The notes under the pieces: model-generated
The model's database searches: none
Told to the model about the DNA's origin: nothing
The model's input: only the letters and a program-made list of their open reading frames with translations
Shown: positions 9,693-18,768 of the stretch, piece by piece
Position numbering within the stretch: the first letter of the stretch is position 1
Layout: each line of letters opens with the position of its first letter
Translations under genes and position numbers: made by a program
Virus record (IMG/VR): IMGVR_UViG_3300042691_032880
Location: 61,115-125,114 of that record
DNA: 64,000 nucleotides
Strand: one strand, 5' to 3'
Source: a virus

Positions 9693-11473
9693 TAGAAGTT
9701 TATTGTTACAGTATTTACAAATGGAAGTGCTGTGGCAAACGGATTAGTGAACCTGAACTCAAGCACATCTCCGTTGGTAAGATTCACACTATCACACTTT
9801 ATTGAAAAAACAGTTACACTATTGATATCAGTAAAGGTAGGTAATGTGTTCAGATTGAGATTGTTAGTAAGATCATAGACCGTTGAAGTTGTGACATTCT
9901 CAACCTCATAAAGTTCAACGTCAGTATCAAACATGACAAACTCAAGAGTATCGTTGGCATTGACAGTTATATTCAAACCGCCAGGTATTGACTGCCATGT
10001 GTCATCGGTAAGAACCTTGTACTGACCAATCGTATATCCATTAACAGTACTTGCAGTGACATCATCGTTTGTAATCCATGGAGCTGAATTCAAAGAAGTG
10101 TTAAGAAGACCGTAAACATTATTGTTGTAAGATGCAAATACGGGAGCAGGACCTGTGACTTCAATTTGTGCACCTGTGAATATCGGATCAGGAAGACCGA
10201 ATCTTATGTAATTCTGTCCGCCATATACTACATGATCTGACGGATACCCTGCAGCTGTAAGCTGGTTTGCAATGCTTATGCAGAAGTTTGCAACAGAGAC
10301 CCCTGCATAATTTGCACCTGTAACATTTAATACAATCGAAGGAGCTGGATTCAAGGTCCTACAGATTATGTCCATACCTGCAGTAAGTTGAGCAGGTAAT
10401 ATGCTGACCAAGATTGGAGCATGTCTAGTATAGCTGATTGAAGGTGTTGTTACAGCAGTACCATTGGAATTCAAAAGAGGAAAAGTATTTGAGAATGCAT
10501 CCTCTACTGTATATGAAAACTGGTAATGATTGATTGAACCATTGATGGCTGTTTGATTAGTTCCATCAATGATGACCTGCCTTACTAGACCAGTAACGGT
10601 ATTGTAATCTTGCACTCCACTGAGTCGGCTTGAATCAAAAACAAAAGGTGCAATTGTAATGGAAGGTTTACCTATTGTGTTTGAGTAACATTCAGCTGTA
10701 TCAAATAAAACATTTGATCCACTCCCTGGAAAAGTATATGGAGGACTTGGAATAATTCCAACATTAGGTTGGAACAACCCAAAGCGATATTCATTTCCAT
10801 AACCTAATAGTATGGGTTGTCCAGATACTCCAGAACCAGCAGGACAATATTGGGAAAGGTTATTGTTGTTTGGACTTGGTGCTAGTCCAAGATACCCTAC
10901 AGCTGAAACAAGATTGCTTGGATAATTGAATTTTAACCAGTCTAATCCACATATAAAAGAAGTTGATTCGCCTGGAGGATTGCAGTTTGGACAAAACCTG
11001 TCAACACGCACACCTCTACCTATTGGAAAGGATATGTTTGCACAGGGATTGACAACCTGATTACAACCAGGTATAAAGTTATAATCTACGTTAGAGATAT
11101 CATATAACAACGACCCTATACTCTGAACATTATTGGAGTCTGGGTAGGATACGCTATAAAACAAGGTAGGGTAGCCATTAATGAATGGACCCTGGTAGTA
11201 AGAATAAATTGGACATCCTGCGTGCGTGACACTGTATTCCTGTACAAACACTGATGGTGAACCCACGCAAGTCTTTTCTACTGCAACCCTGTATACAGTA
11301 TTAGGAGTTAATCCTGTAATTGTGTATGAGGTAGCAGTACTTGGAAGCGGTGTAAGATTTGCTAAAATCCAAGTATTTAGATTCAATGGATCAGCTTCCT
11401 TGTAATAAACATTAAAAGTATCGGTTGGAAGCAGAGATGCTATATCAGGTGCCCAAGTTACTAATAGATTCAT
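9692..11473 (-). CDS. Fibronectin type III domain virion protein
   Basis: N-terminal LLVTW...FNVYYK...TSYTITGLTPNTVYRVAV FN3 signature; ATG at 11473. Confidence 0.65.
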   Translation of the reverse strand: MNLLVTWAPDIASLLPTDTFNVYYKEADPLNLNTWILANLTPLPSTATSYTITGLTPNTVYRVAVEKTCVGSPSVFVQEYSVTHAGCPIYSYYQGPFINGYPTLFYSVSYPDSNNVQSIGSLLYDISNVDYNFIPGCNQVVNPCANISFPIGRGVRVDRFCPNCNPPGESTSFICGLDWLKFNYPSNLVSAVGYLGLAPSPNNNNLSQYCPAGSGVSGQPILLGYGNEYRFGLFQPNVGIIPSPPYTFPGSGSNVLFDTAECYSNTIGKPSITIAPFVFDSSRLSGVQDYNTVTGLVRQVIIDGTNQTAINGSINHYQFSYTVEDAFSNTFPLLNSNGTAVTTPSISYTRHAPILVSILPAQLTAGMDIICRTLNPAPSIVLNVTGANYAGVSVANFCISIANQLTAAGYPSDHVVYGGQNYIRFGLPDPIFTGAQIEVTGPAPVFASYNNNVYGLLNTSLNSAPWITNDDVTASTVNGYTIGQYKVLTDDTWQSIPGGLNITVNANDTLEFVMFDTDVELYEVENVTTSTVYDLTNNLNLNTLPTFTDINSVTVFSIKCDSVNLTNGDVLEFRFTNPFATALPFVNTVTINF

Positions 11474-11553
11474 TGTCAATTAGATATATAGTATTGCGGA
11501 CAGCTACACTGAAGTAACTGCCCGCAATTATTGATTTTCAACAAAATAAACTA

Positions 11554-11576
11554 TCCCTTGCCGATTTACCAAGGGA
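11554..11576 (-). terminator. Probable intrinsic terminator after the membrane/lipoprotein cassette
   Basis: TCCCTTG/CAAGGGA stem followed by a U-rich tract on the minus strand. Confidence 0.5.
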
Positions 11577-11582
11577 AAGTTA

Positions 11583-11972
11583 TTATTTATCAGCGTTATA
11601 TACTTCCTCAGAAGGCTGATTTGTAAAGTAAGTACGAAGAACTAGGTTAATGGTAATCATGAACATTCCAATCATGTTGGCATTTACTCCACATGCCTGG
11701 AATACTTGGTTCTCCAGGAAGTAATCAGTGATCATCAAACCTGCAGCCACCACGTTTGTCCAGAACATAGTCTTGTCTTGGGACATGCGGGTAACAGTAA
11801 TAGGTTGTGATGACGCAAACTTCTGGAGGATTGCTGTCAACGCAAAGCTGATGAACATGGCAATCTGAGGATTCATGAATCCAAACTGACCATACTGAGC
11901 GACAAGAATTGACAATGCTGCCAAGATCTGTACCCATACGATCTTTGATTTGAGAAATGGTACTGCGTTCAT
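11583..11972 (-). CDS. Four-TM membrane protein (holin-like)
   Basis: 129 aa; two internal repeats (KSKIVW../DKTMFW..) each with two hydrophobic helices. Confidence 0.55.
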   Translation of the reverse strand: MNAVPFLKSKIVWVQILAALSILVAQYGQFGFMNPQIAMFISFALTAILQKFASSQPITVTRMSQDKTMFWTNVVAAGLMITDYFLENQVFQACGVNANMIGMFMITINLVLRTYFTNQPSEEVYNADK

Positions 11973-11988
11973 TTTTAAGTCTTTATGA

Positions 11989-12597
11989 TTAATTACAATT
12001 GTTGAGCCACGGCGCTCTCTTTCCTGCCGTGAATTCTACTGTCTTGGATGATCTTACAAAGGTGGTCTGCAACTCATTGTTCCTTTCATAGTAGGTAATC
12101 CCCATGATGTACTTGAATCCTGGCCAGATGGAGCATCCAGCACCAAGGGTATAGTAATATGAGTTTGTACCACTTATGGAACCGCCGCCAGTACAACCAT
12201 TGGTGTGACCTACAGGAGCAAATCCTATGTAGTAGTACCTGGCTATTGTAAAGCAGGTGTCAGTCACAGGATTGAATCCAGGCTGCGCATCCCATTTGAA
12301 GATCACCATACCGCAGATTGTAGTATCAACCTTGATATTCCAATCAGTGGGTTCTTCCGTTACAATAGGATATACAGGATAATTGGCACAAGGATCAGTA
12401 ATTTGGTTATTGTTACCTTGACCATTGCCATTTCCATTCCCTCCTCTTCTTTCTCCACTAGGCTGATCTTCAGCTGTTTCCTGTGACAAATCTGTTTTTA
12501 CATCATTTGCTTTTGAAGATGTCTCTTTGACATCCTCCTTCTCACAGCCCATGATGAACAAGGCTGCGAGAAGAATAAGAAGTCTAGTGGCTTTCAT
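11989..12597 (-). CDS. Lipoprotein
   Basis: MKATRLLILLAALFIMG-C lipobox followed by EKED, like the Bacteroidetes lipoprotein export signal. Confidence 0.75.
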   Translation of the reverse strand: MKATRLLILLAALFIMGCEKEDVKETSSKANDVKTDLSQETAEDQPSGERRGGNGNGNGQGNNNQITDPCANYPVYPIVTEEPTDWNIKVDTTICGMVIFKWDAQPGFNPVTDTCFTIARYYYIGFAPVGHTNGCTGGGSISGTNSYYYTLGAGCSIWPGFKYIMGITYYERNNELQTTFVRSSKTVEFTAGKRAPWLNNCN

Positions 12598-12607
12598 GAC
12601 CTATGGT

Positions 12608-13468
12608 TTAGGGAAGCGTTGGATAATTCACTGTAGAAGGTACTGAAGTACTGATGGTAAATGGTAAACTCATAAATCCACCACTTGCACTTGTACCACC
12701 AATACGGAAAGTTCGAGGTGGAGTGCTAGGAGATGCGAAGTACAAACTCCATCCATAAGCTACAGTAAAGGGAAGGGTTGGATCAGGAGTCTGACGAATC
12801 TGCTGATACCAACCATCAGAGAACCAAACTGCAAAGTTGCTAGAACAAGAACAGGTAGGACACTTTACATACATTACAAGGTTTGTATAAGGACCAGTTT
12901 CACCAGAGATACTATCCAAATCAAAACTCATCTCATAAGTACCATGGATAACATCAGCATTAATAACAGTGCGTCCAGTATCAATAACTGCAGGAGCTAC
13001 ATATGGGAATTCGCCTGTACCAGCATCACAAGTAAGATTGATGGTACGACCATTCATCTCTTGCCATACTCCACAAGAGTCTTTGTAGTAGCAGCTCAGA
13101 TAACCACCACGAGTTTTGTAGCTTACAGCAATAGTAGTCTGAGTAGTATAAAGATAACCGCCTGAGCTTGAACTTACTGTGGTAATACCATCAGTAGCAG
13201 TAGTCATGGAAGGAAGAGTCCAGCGATATTCAGTAGGTACAAAACCAGCAGAAACGTTCTGACCAACTTGTCCGCGACACCAGGTCCATTGCATCGGAAG
13301 CGCAGGATTGCGATTGGCAATTGTGTAAGTAACGTTCTTTTGATTTCTACATGGTGTAAAGTCCCCATAGATAATGGGTTTCTCAACAGCAGTAGGACAA
13401 GTTTGCGCTGATACTGAAAGAGTTACGATGGTCATCAGCACTACCATCAATCCAATGAATTTTTTCAT
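12608..13468 (-). CDS. Secreted protein with a Sec signal peptide
   Basis: MKKFIGLMVVLMTIVTLSVSA-Q signal (Q at +1 is typical of Bacteroidetes); Cys-containing beta-rich body. Confidence 0.7.
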   Translation of the reverse strand: MKKFIGLMVVLMTIVTLSVSAQTCPTAVEKPIIYGDFTPCRNQKNVTYTIANRNPALPMQWTWCRGQVGQNVSAGFVPTEYRWTLPSMTTATDGITTVSSSSGGYLYTTQTTIAVSYKTRGGYLSCYYKDSCGVWQEMNGRTINLTCDAGTGEFPYVAPAVIDTGRTVINADVIHGTYEMSFDLDSISGETGPYTNLVMYVKCPTCSCSSNFAVWFSDGWYQQIRQTPDPTLPFTVAYGWSLYFASPSTPPRTFRIGGTSASGGFMSLPFTISTSVPSTVNYPTLP

Positions 13469-13493
13469 TTTTATATATGTTTTAGGTTACACA

Positions 13494-13502
13494 TATAATA
13501 TA
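13494..13502 (-). promoter_or_regulatory. Putative late promoter motif TATATTATA
   Basis: Exact 9-mer about 25 nt upstream of the 13468 start. Confidence 0.55.
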
Positions 13503-13519
13503 CGAAAAATTCAGGACTT

Positions 13520-14233
13520 TTAGATCCCAAATATCCCCATCATACCAAAAGGATCTACTGGAGTAAAAGCAGATGTTTCATAGAATGTTATTCTACGCCA
13601 GCAGGTTGCATCATTTCCCAAAGTCAACTGTGTCTGTGACACGTTGTTTGTAGGAGCGGCAACTGCCTGTATCTGATAAGCATAGGTTGATGACATATCG
13701 TTACCAGCGGTATTACGATACTGAGCTGAAAGTCCAGTCTTTACCCAGTTAGTCCCTGTAAGAGTACCCCATGTGTTGTCATCAGCTGTCATCCAAGATG
13801 CCACTGTTACATTTGGTGCGTTTGCTGGTGTAACCCCTGTTACTGTAATTGTGGCTGCCGCCGCAGCATTGATTACGGTATCACTTTCTTTCTGCCACAC
13901 ATTTGCTGAACTATCAGGTCTGAACACAATCATTACGGCATTGGTGTTTGTACCTGCTGAAAAATCAAACCTTGGGTTTGCAGCCCATGTTCCATTATAA
14001 GTAGCCCAATATACAGTATTGGCTACGTTGGCTGTACCTACGTTTCTTCCAATATCTGTCCAGGTCTGACCACCAGTTACACCAACACTGAAAGTAGCAG
14101 TACCCCTTTGATACAAGTAAACAACCACAAGATCACCAACCACCATTGATGCTGGTGGAGTCAATGTTATCTGTGTAGCAGTCTGTGAACCGTTATCTAC
14201 AGGAGATGATGTTACACCAAAGAAGCTAGGCAT
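13520..14233 (-). CDS. Putative fibre-associated beta-sandwich protein
   Basis: 237 aa Thr/Ala-rich; TLTPPASMVVGDLVVV type domain seen in phage fibre proteins. Confidence 0.5.
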   Translation of the reverse strand: MPSFFGVTSSPVDNGSQTATQITLTPPASMVVGDLVVVYLYQRGTATFSVGVTGGQTWTDIGRNVGTANVANTVYWATYNGTWAANPRFDFSAGTNTNAVMIVFRPDSSANVWQKESDTVINAAAAATITVTGVTPANAPNVTVASWMTADDNTWGTLTGTNWVKTGLSAQYRNTAGNDMSSTYAYQIQAVAAPTNNVSQTQLTLGNDATCWRRITFYETSAFTPVDPFGMMGIFGI

Positions 14234-14420
14234 AGATACTGTATTCGTTTTCCCAAAGGGAATCTATGATTTCCTGATCCGTCAATTCATTTGAAAAGAC
14301 AAAAGGACTCCTTGAAAACTGTATGACTCTCACGCCATTTTCATAGCCGTTGCACTCAGCTATAAAAGACCATGTGGTTCCAGTGTCAACCTTGTCTATA
14401 AGTTCAATTAGCTTATCCAT
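14226..14420 (-). CDS. Small hypothetical protein (possible fibre chaperone)
   Basis: 64 aa, translationally coupled to both neighbours. Confidence 0.55.
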   Translation of the reverse strand: MDKLIELIDKVDTGTTWSFIAECNGYENGVRVIQFSRSPFVFSNELTDQEIIDSLWENEYSIYA

Positions 14421-17400
14421 TAGAATTCATATCCGTAAACTGAAACATCAAGTGATATCCCCGCATCCGTTGTTACACGCAGAACATAGTCCGCGTTTGC
14501 AGAGAATATTGGGGTATTGAAAGTAAGTATCGCACCAGGTTTGCTGTTTGCTGTTGGAGCAAACGATCCTGCCCAAACAAGCTGGTCAGTACCTGCAGTA
14601 TAAGTAGTATCAGCAGCCGCACCAAACCAAACGATGACACGTCCTGCCGTGGTAGCATATGAACTGACTGCAAGATATGTGACTGCAACAGTCTTGCCTG
14701 CTGTAGGAGTCCACAATGCAACACCTGTCTGCGTGGTTGTATAGTTACCTGATTTCCAGGTTTGCATACCTGGAGATATATGCGTAACAAGCTGCCTTCC
14801 AAACTGATCAGCCGTTCCATTGACTCTGTCTCCATTGGTGACAGCTGTAGGTAATGCTGTTTCAGCTTGGTATCCAATCTTCACAGGATTACCAGAATCA
14901 GGAGAGTCATGAGCCACATCACCTGCGGCAACCACGTTCCAAGTACCTGACTGTGTAGCCGCCACTGTTCCATCTACTGTAATGCTATTACCTCCATCTT
15001 GGATATTGACCGCGGATGCTCCACCAGCATTGTTCACTGTAACATCCCCTATGTCTACCCCGCTATTGGCACCAAGCACCCATGTACCAGATTGCGTTGC
15101 TGCCACTGTACCTGATACAGTAACAGTACCTGATACTCCTACTGTTCCATCTACTGTAATTGAGTTACCCCCATCATTGATTGCTACAGCTCCATTAGCA
15201 TTGACAGCAATCGGGGAGTAATCCCCATTGGCAGATGTCATTGAACTATTGGAGTCATTTCTTACTCCTAATATGAAACTTCCAGTGTCACCTGATGTAT
15301 GTGCATTATCTTCTTGCTTGTTCTCCGCCCCGTATAGTTTACCATACTCATCCACTGACACGGATGCATAGGTATTGTTAGACGTAGCTGCTTGTAAAAG
15401 TGCATTGTCATTACGAATAGCAAGTACAAATGTTCCTATGTCAGATGCTGTATGAAGCGTATTGTGGACACGCTCTGATACACTGAACTGCTTACCAAAC
15501 TGATCTGTGGCAATTGGGGTATAGTCTCCATTGGATCCTGAGAGAATGTTGCCAGCATTGTCATTCCTGACACCCAGGGTCATTACTCCCACATCACCTG
15601 ATGTATGAACTGAGTCCTCTGCTTTTCCAAGGTTTGTAGCTCCAGTTCCTGGGATAACACTGGTGACATCCACATCTCCAATATCCACCCCAGAGTTCGC
15701 ACCTAATACCCAAGTTCCTGATTGTGTGGCAGCTACAGTACCTGTTACAGTAGCAGCTACAGTTCCTGAAACAGTGACTGTTCCAGATACACCAACAGTA
15801 CCATCCACAGTGATTGAGTTACCTCCGTCTTGGATAGCAATAGCTCCTTTGTCATTGACTGATATCTGGGAGTAGTCACCATCAGTTGAAGTAACAACCG
15901 CATTTGCATCGTTCCTTACCGCAAGTACGAAGTTTCCATAGTCGCCTGTTGTATGAGGATCATCTTCCTTACGATGCGTTTCAATCAGCTTTTCTGCTCC
16001 AATAAGATCTCCGTTCTTGTCAGCAAGACCTACCGCAAGAGCATTGCCATTTGCAAGAACATATATGCTATCAACCTCTGCATTACCTGTATTGCCATCA
16101 ACTCCACCTATGGTTGAAACGCCACGTAAATAAGGAGTGCCTGTTTCTTGTGAAGCATAGTCAAATATCCTTCCAGCTCTATCTGTAGCAATTGGAGAAT
16201 AATCTCCATTAGTACTTGTAAAACCTGTAGCTGCACCATCATTTCTTACACCTAGTATGAATGCACCATTGTCTCCTGAGGTATGAGCTTGATCTTCTTT
16301 ATATGAAAAATCTACATTTGCTGTAACTGTTCCTGATACTGATGCAGTCACAGTTCCAGAAATGGGAACAGCTGATTGATCAGATGCAATAGCCACAGAT
16401 ATACTGTTAGCCATTGTCTGCTGTCCCTCATTAGGAAGAGAATTTACATTGACATTCAGTGCATTACCTGATGCTGTATTTACAAATACCTGACCCCTGG
16501 AATCAACAGCAATACCTGAATAGTCTCCATTGGTACCAGTTAATGCAGTACCTGCATCATCATTCCTGATAGCAAGTGAAAGAGTTCCTGTGTCACCTGT
16601 GGTATGAGGAGTGTCTTCTTGATACTGAACTCCGCCGCCAAAGGATGTAATCTGCGTACCTGTACCATCCACAATAGCAACAGCAAGTGCATCACTTCCC
16701 ACTAAAGGAAGCACATCCGCAGTATCTGTACCATCACCTATTTGGACATTGACAGGAGTACCTACAGGAGCATCTACTGTAACACTGTTGCCACCATCAT
16801 TTATGGCTACCGCACCATTTGCATTAACAGCTATGGGACTGTAATCACCATTAGTGGATGTCATTGCTGTATTAGCATCATTCCTGACTGCCATCACAAA
16901 CGCTCCTGTGTCCCCGCTCGCGTGCGCGGAATCCTCAGGAAATGCAAAGTCAGCTGTAGTAACAAGCGATCCTGAAGGATTCACCTTCACATTGTAATAG
17001 GTACCACCACCAGTGCTTGAACGTCCAGTGATTACAGACCTTGTCATGTTTGCCAAGGTATTGTCATTGATAGTGCTTGATATCTTGGTATAAGGAGAGG
17101 TGGTACCTGCAGCCCAACAAGCGGTGTTCATGGTTAGAACAGTAGCACCAGCCGCAGTTTTCTGGATATCCAGAGTCATTGGAAGATCTGGATTGTTGAT
17201 GGTTGTACCACCTGTGGTATTGGGATGTCTGTATATGTCAAACAATACCCACTCTCCATCAGGACTAAGAACCTCCCAATAGATTGGAGCAGCTCCCAAC
17301 CATCCATATCTTACCCTGAAGAGGTTGTCCTTTGTAAAGTCAATCGCCTCAGGTACTCCATTGCGTGTATACTTGGAACCAACAGCTCCAGTAAGAGTAT

Positions 17401-17953
17401 CCACATTCCATGATGCTTGTGCAGTAAACGTATCAACTGTAGCCTTACGCAAGGTTATACCAAACGCAGTACCCTCATAACCTATGAAGAATCCATTGTT
17501 TGCATCATAGACACCTATGCGTTGATATGAATTGGCAAGACCTCCTGAGGGCCATATCGCTGTGAAAGCCGCATATGTTTCAGAGTTTGGTCTATACGTA
17601 GTACTGAGGTTTGTAACAGCTTTTACCCCACCATTGGTGTTGGCGTTGGATGTGAATACAGCCTGACCGTTCAGATTGGATGCATCACCCCCACTTGTCT
17701 TGGTAACCGTGATATCAGATATGGAATCAGGATCTGTTGAATCATAGTTGATCTCAAACTGGTTGTACCTATTTGCAATAACAAGCTGTCCAAAGACATC
17801 CTGCTGCAGATCCACTGACGCTGTTACAGAACCCGCTACTATGTTGACTGGTTGGGTGACAGCTGAGCCATCTACCTTGAGTGCATTAGCTGCGGTTACA
17901 TCAGCTTCTGTACCTCCAGTATCCCTGATTATGACTGATTCGATGTATGCCAT
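14420..17953 (-). CDS. Long repeat-rich tail/head fibre protein
   Basis: 1177 aa; seven EDxxHxxGDxG..VRND..NGDYxxI repeats plus DGGNSITVDG and VAATQSGTW repeats; lectin-like N-terminal region. Confidence 0.7.
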   Translation of the reverse strand: MAYIESVIIRDTGGTEADVTAANALKVDGSAVTQPVNIVAGSVTASVDLQQDVFGQLVIANRYNQFEINYDSTDPDSISDITVTKTSGGDASNLNGQAVFTSNANTNGGVKAVTNLSTTYRPNSETYAAFTAIWPSGGLANSYQRIGVYDANNGFFIGYEGTAFGITLRKATVDTFTAQASWNVDTLTGAVGSKYTRNGVPEAIDFTKDNLFRVRYGWLGAAPIYWEVLSPDGEWVLFDIYRHPNTTGGTTINNPDLPMTLDIQKTAAGATVLTMNTACWAAGTTSPYTKISSTINDNTLANMTRSVITGRSSTGGGTYYNVKVNPSGSLVTTADFAFPEDSAHASGDTGAFVMAVRNDANTAMTSTNGDYSPIAVNANGAVAINDGGNSVTVDAPVGTPVNVQIGDGTDTADVLPLVGSDALAVAIVDGTGTQITSFGGGVQYQEDTPHTTGDTGTLSLAIRNDDAGTALTGTNGDYSGIAVDSRGQVFVNTASGNALNVNVNSLPNEGQQTMANSISVAIASDQSAVPISGTVTASVSGTVTANVDFSYKEDQAHTSGDNGAFILGVRNDGAATGFTSTNGDYSPIATDRAGRIFDYASQETGTPYLRGVSTIGGVDGNTGNAEVDSIYVLANGNALAVGLADKNGDLIGAEKLIETHRKEDDPHTTGDYGNFVLAVRNDANAVVTSTDGDYSQISVNDKGAIAIQDGGNSITVDGTVGVSGTVTVSGTVAATVTGTVAATQSGTWVLGANSGVDIGDVDVTSVIPGTGATNLGKAEDSVHTSGDVGVMTLGVRNDNAGNILSGSNGDYTPIATDQFGKQFSVSERVHNTLHTASDIGTFVLAIRNDNALLQAATSNNTYASVSVDEYGKLYGAENKQEDNAHTSGDTGSFILGVRNDSNSSMTSANGDYSPIAVNANGAVAINDGGNSITVDGTVGVSGTVTVSGTVAATQSGTWVLGANSGVDIGDVTVNNAGGASAVNIQDGGNSITVDGTVAATQSGTWNVVAAGDVAHDSPDSGNPVKIGYQAETALPTAVTNGDRVNGTADQFGRQLVTHISPGMQTWKSGNYTTTQTGVALWTPTAGKTVAVTYLAVSSYATTAGRVIVWFGAAADTTYTAGTDQLVWAGSFAPTANSKPGAILTFNTPIFSANADYVLRVTTDAGISLDVSVYGYEF

Positions 17954-18759
17954 TACATGATGTATAAGTTAGCATTGTCGCTGTATACGTCAACGCTGGT
18001 GTTTTGGAATCTGATTGTCTGTGTTGCCAGTCCATCTATGGTCTCTGCACCATTGGGGGTAAGGATCACAGTATTGGCTGAAGCATCCACTTTCTTTACT
18101 GTATATACCGCATTGTTACCAACAGCAGTAGGAAAGTTGATTGTGATGTTCCCTGCTGTCGCATCCACAAGATACATATACCATCCTGTAATTGGAACTA
18201 CTGCATAAGGAGTTGTATTGACTGCGACTGGGGTATAAGAGAATCCTCCGCCTCCACCAGCTGCAGCAATTGTTACATCTGTCCTATCGTTGATAGTATC
18301 ATTTGATGTTGTAATAGTAATATTAGCACCTTCTATCAGGTTGACTACTCCCATAGGATCTAGAGGAATACCACCATTTTTTGATATGGCTACTCCTGTA
18401 TATGCTAGATATCCGTTTATTACATTGAATAACTCCTCTAATGAAGTGCACGCAGGGATTTGTACATTTCGATAATCGAAAATAAACTCATCCCCTGTTC
18501 CATTCGGGGGTACAAGTGCAACTGTAGTATACTGTGAAGGATCTATATTCTGAACCCCGTTTACTTGGAAATCATAAGGCTGCAAAGCTTGCTTTAAAAC
18601 AAACTTTGTATTCTTTTTCTCTAAAAGATAATCTCCTAAAGGACCTGCAGAATCATAAATAACAATTCGAATATGGGTCCTAGAATGGTTATAAATTTCA
18701 ATTAACCCATTTAATATCCTAGGAGTCGATATGAAATTTAAAGATACTTCCGAAGACAT
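17953..18759 (-). CDS. Fibre-related structural protein
   Basis: 268 aa; C-terminal LVDATAGNITINFP..KKVDASANTVIL..ETIDG domain common in phage fibres. Confidence 0.55.
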   Translation of the reverse strand: MSSEVSLNFISTPRILNGLIEIYNHSRTHIRIVIYDSAGPLGDYLLEKKNTKFVLKQALQPYDFQVNGVQNIDPSQYTTVALVPPNGTGDEFIFDYRNVQIPACTSLEELFNVINGYLAYTGVAISKNGGIPLDPMGVVNLIEGANITITTSNDTINDRTDVTIAAAGGGGGFSYTPVAVNTTPYAVVPITGWYMYLVDATAGNITINFPTAVGNNAVYTVKKVDASANTVILTPNGAETIDGLATQTIRFQNTSVDVYSDNANLYIM

Positions 18760-18768
18760 GATCTAAGT

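Noticed and set aside
14420-17953. Diversity-generating retroelement TR/VR pair
   Set aside because: Repeats are in-frame intragenic duplications without adenine-specific differences; no reverse transcriptase in the window
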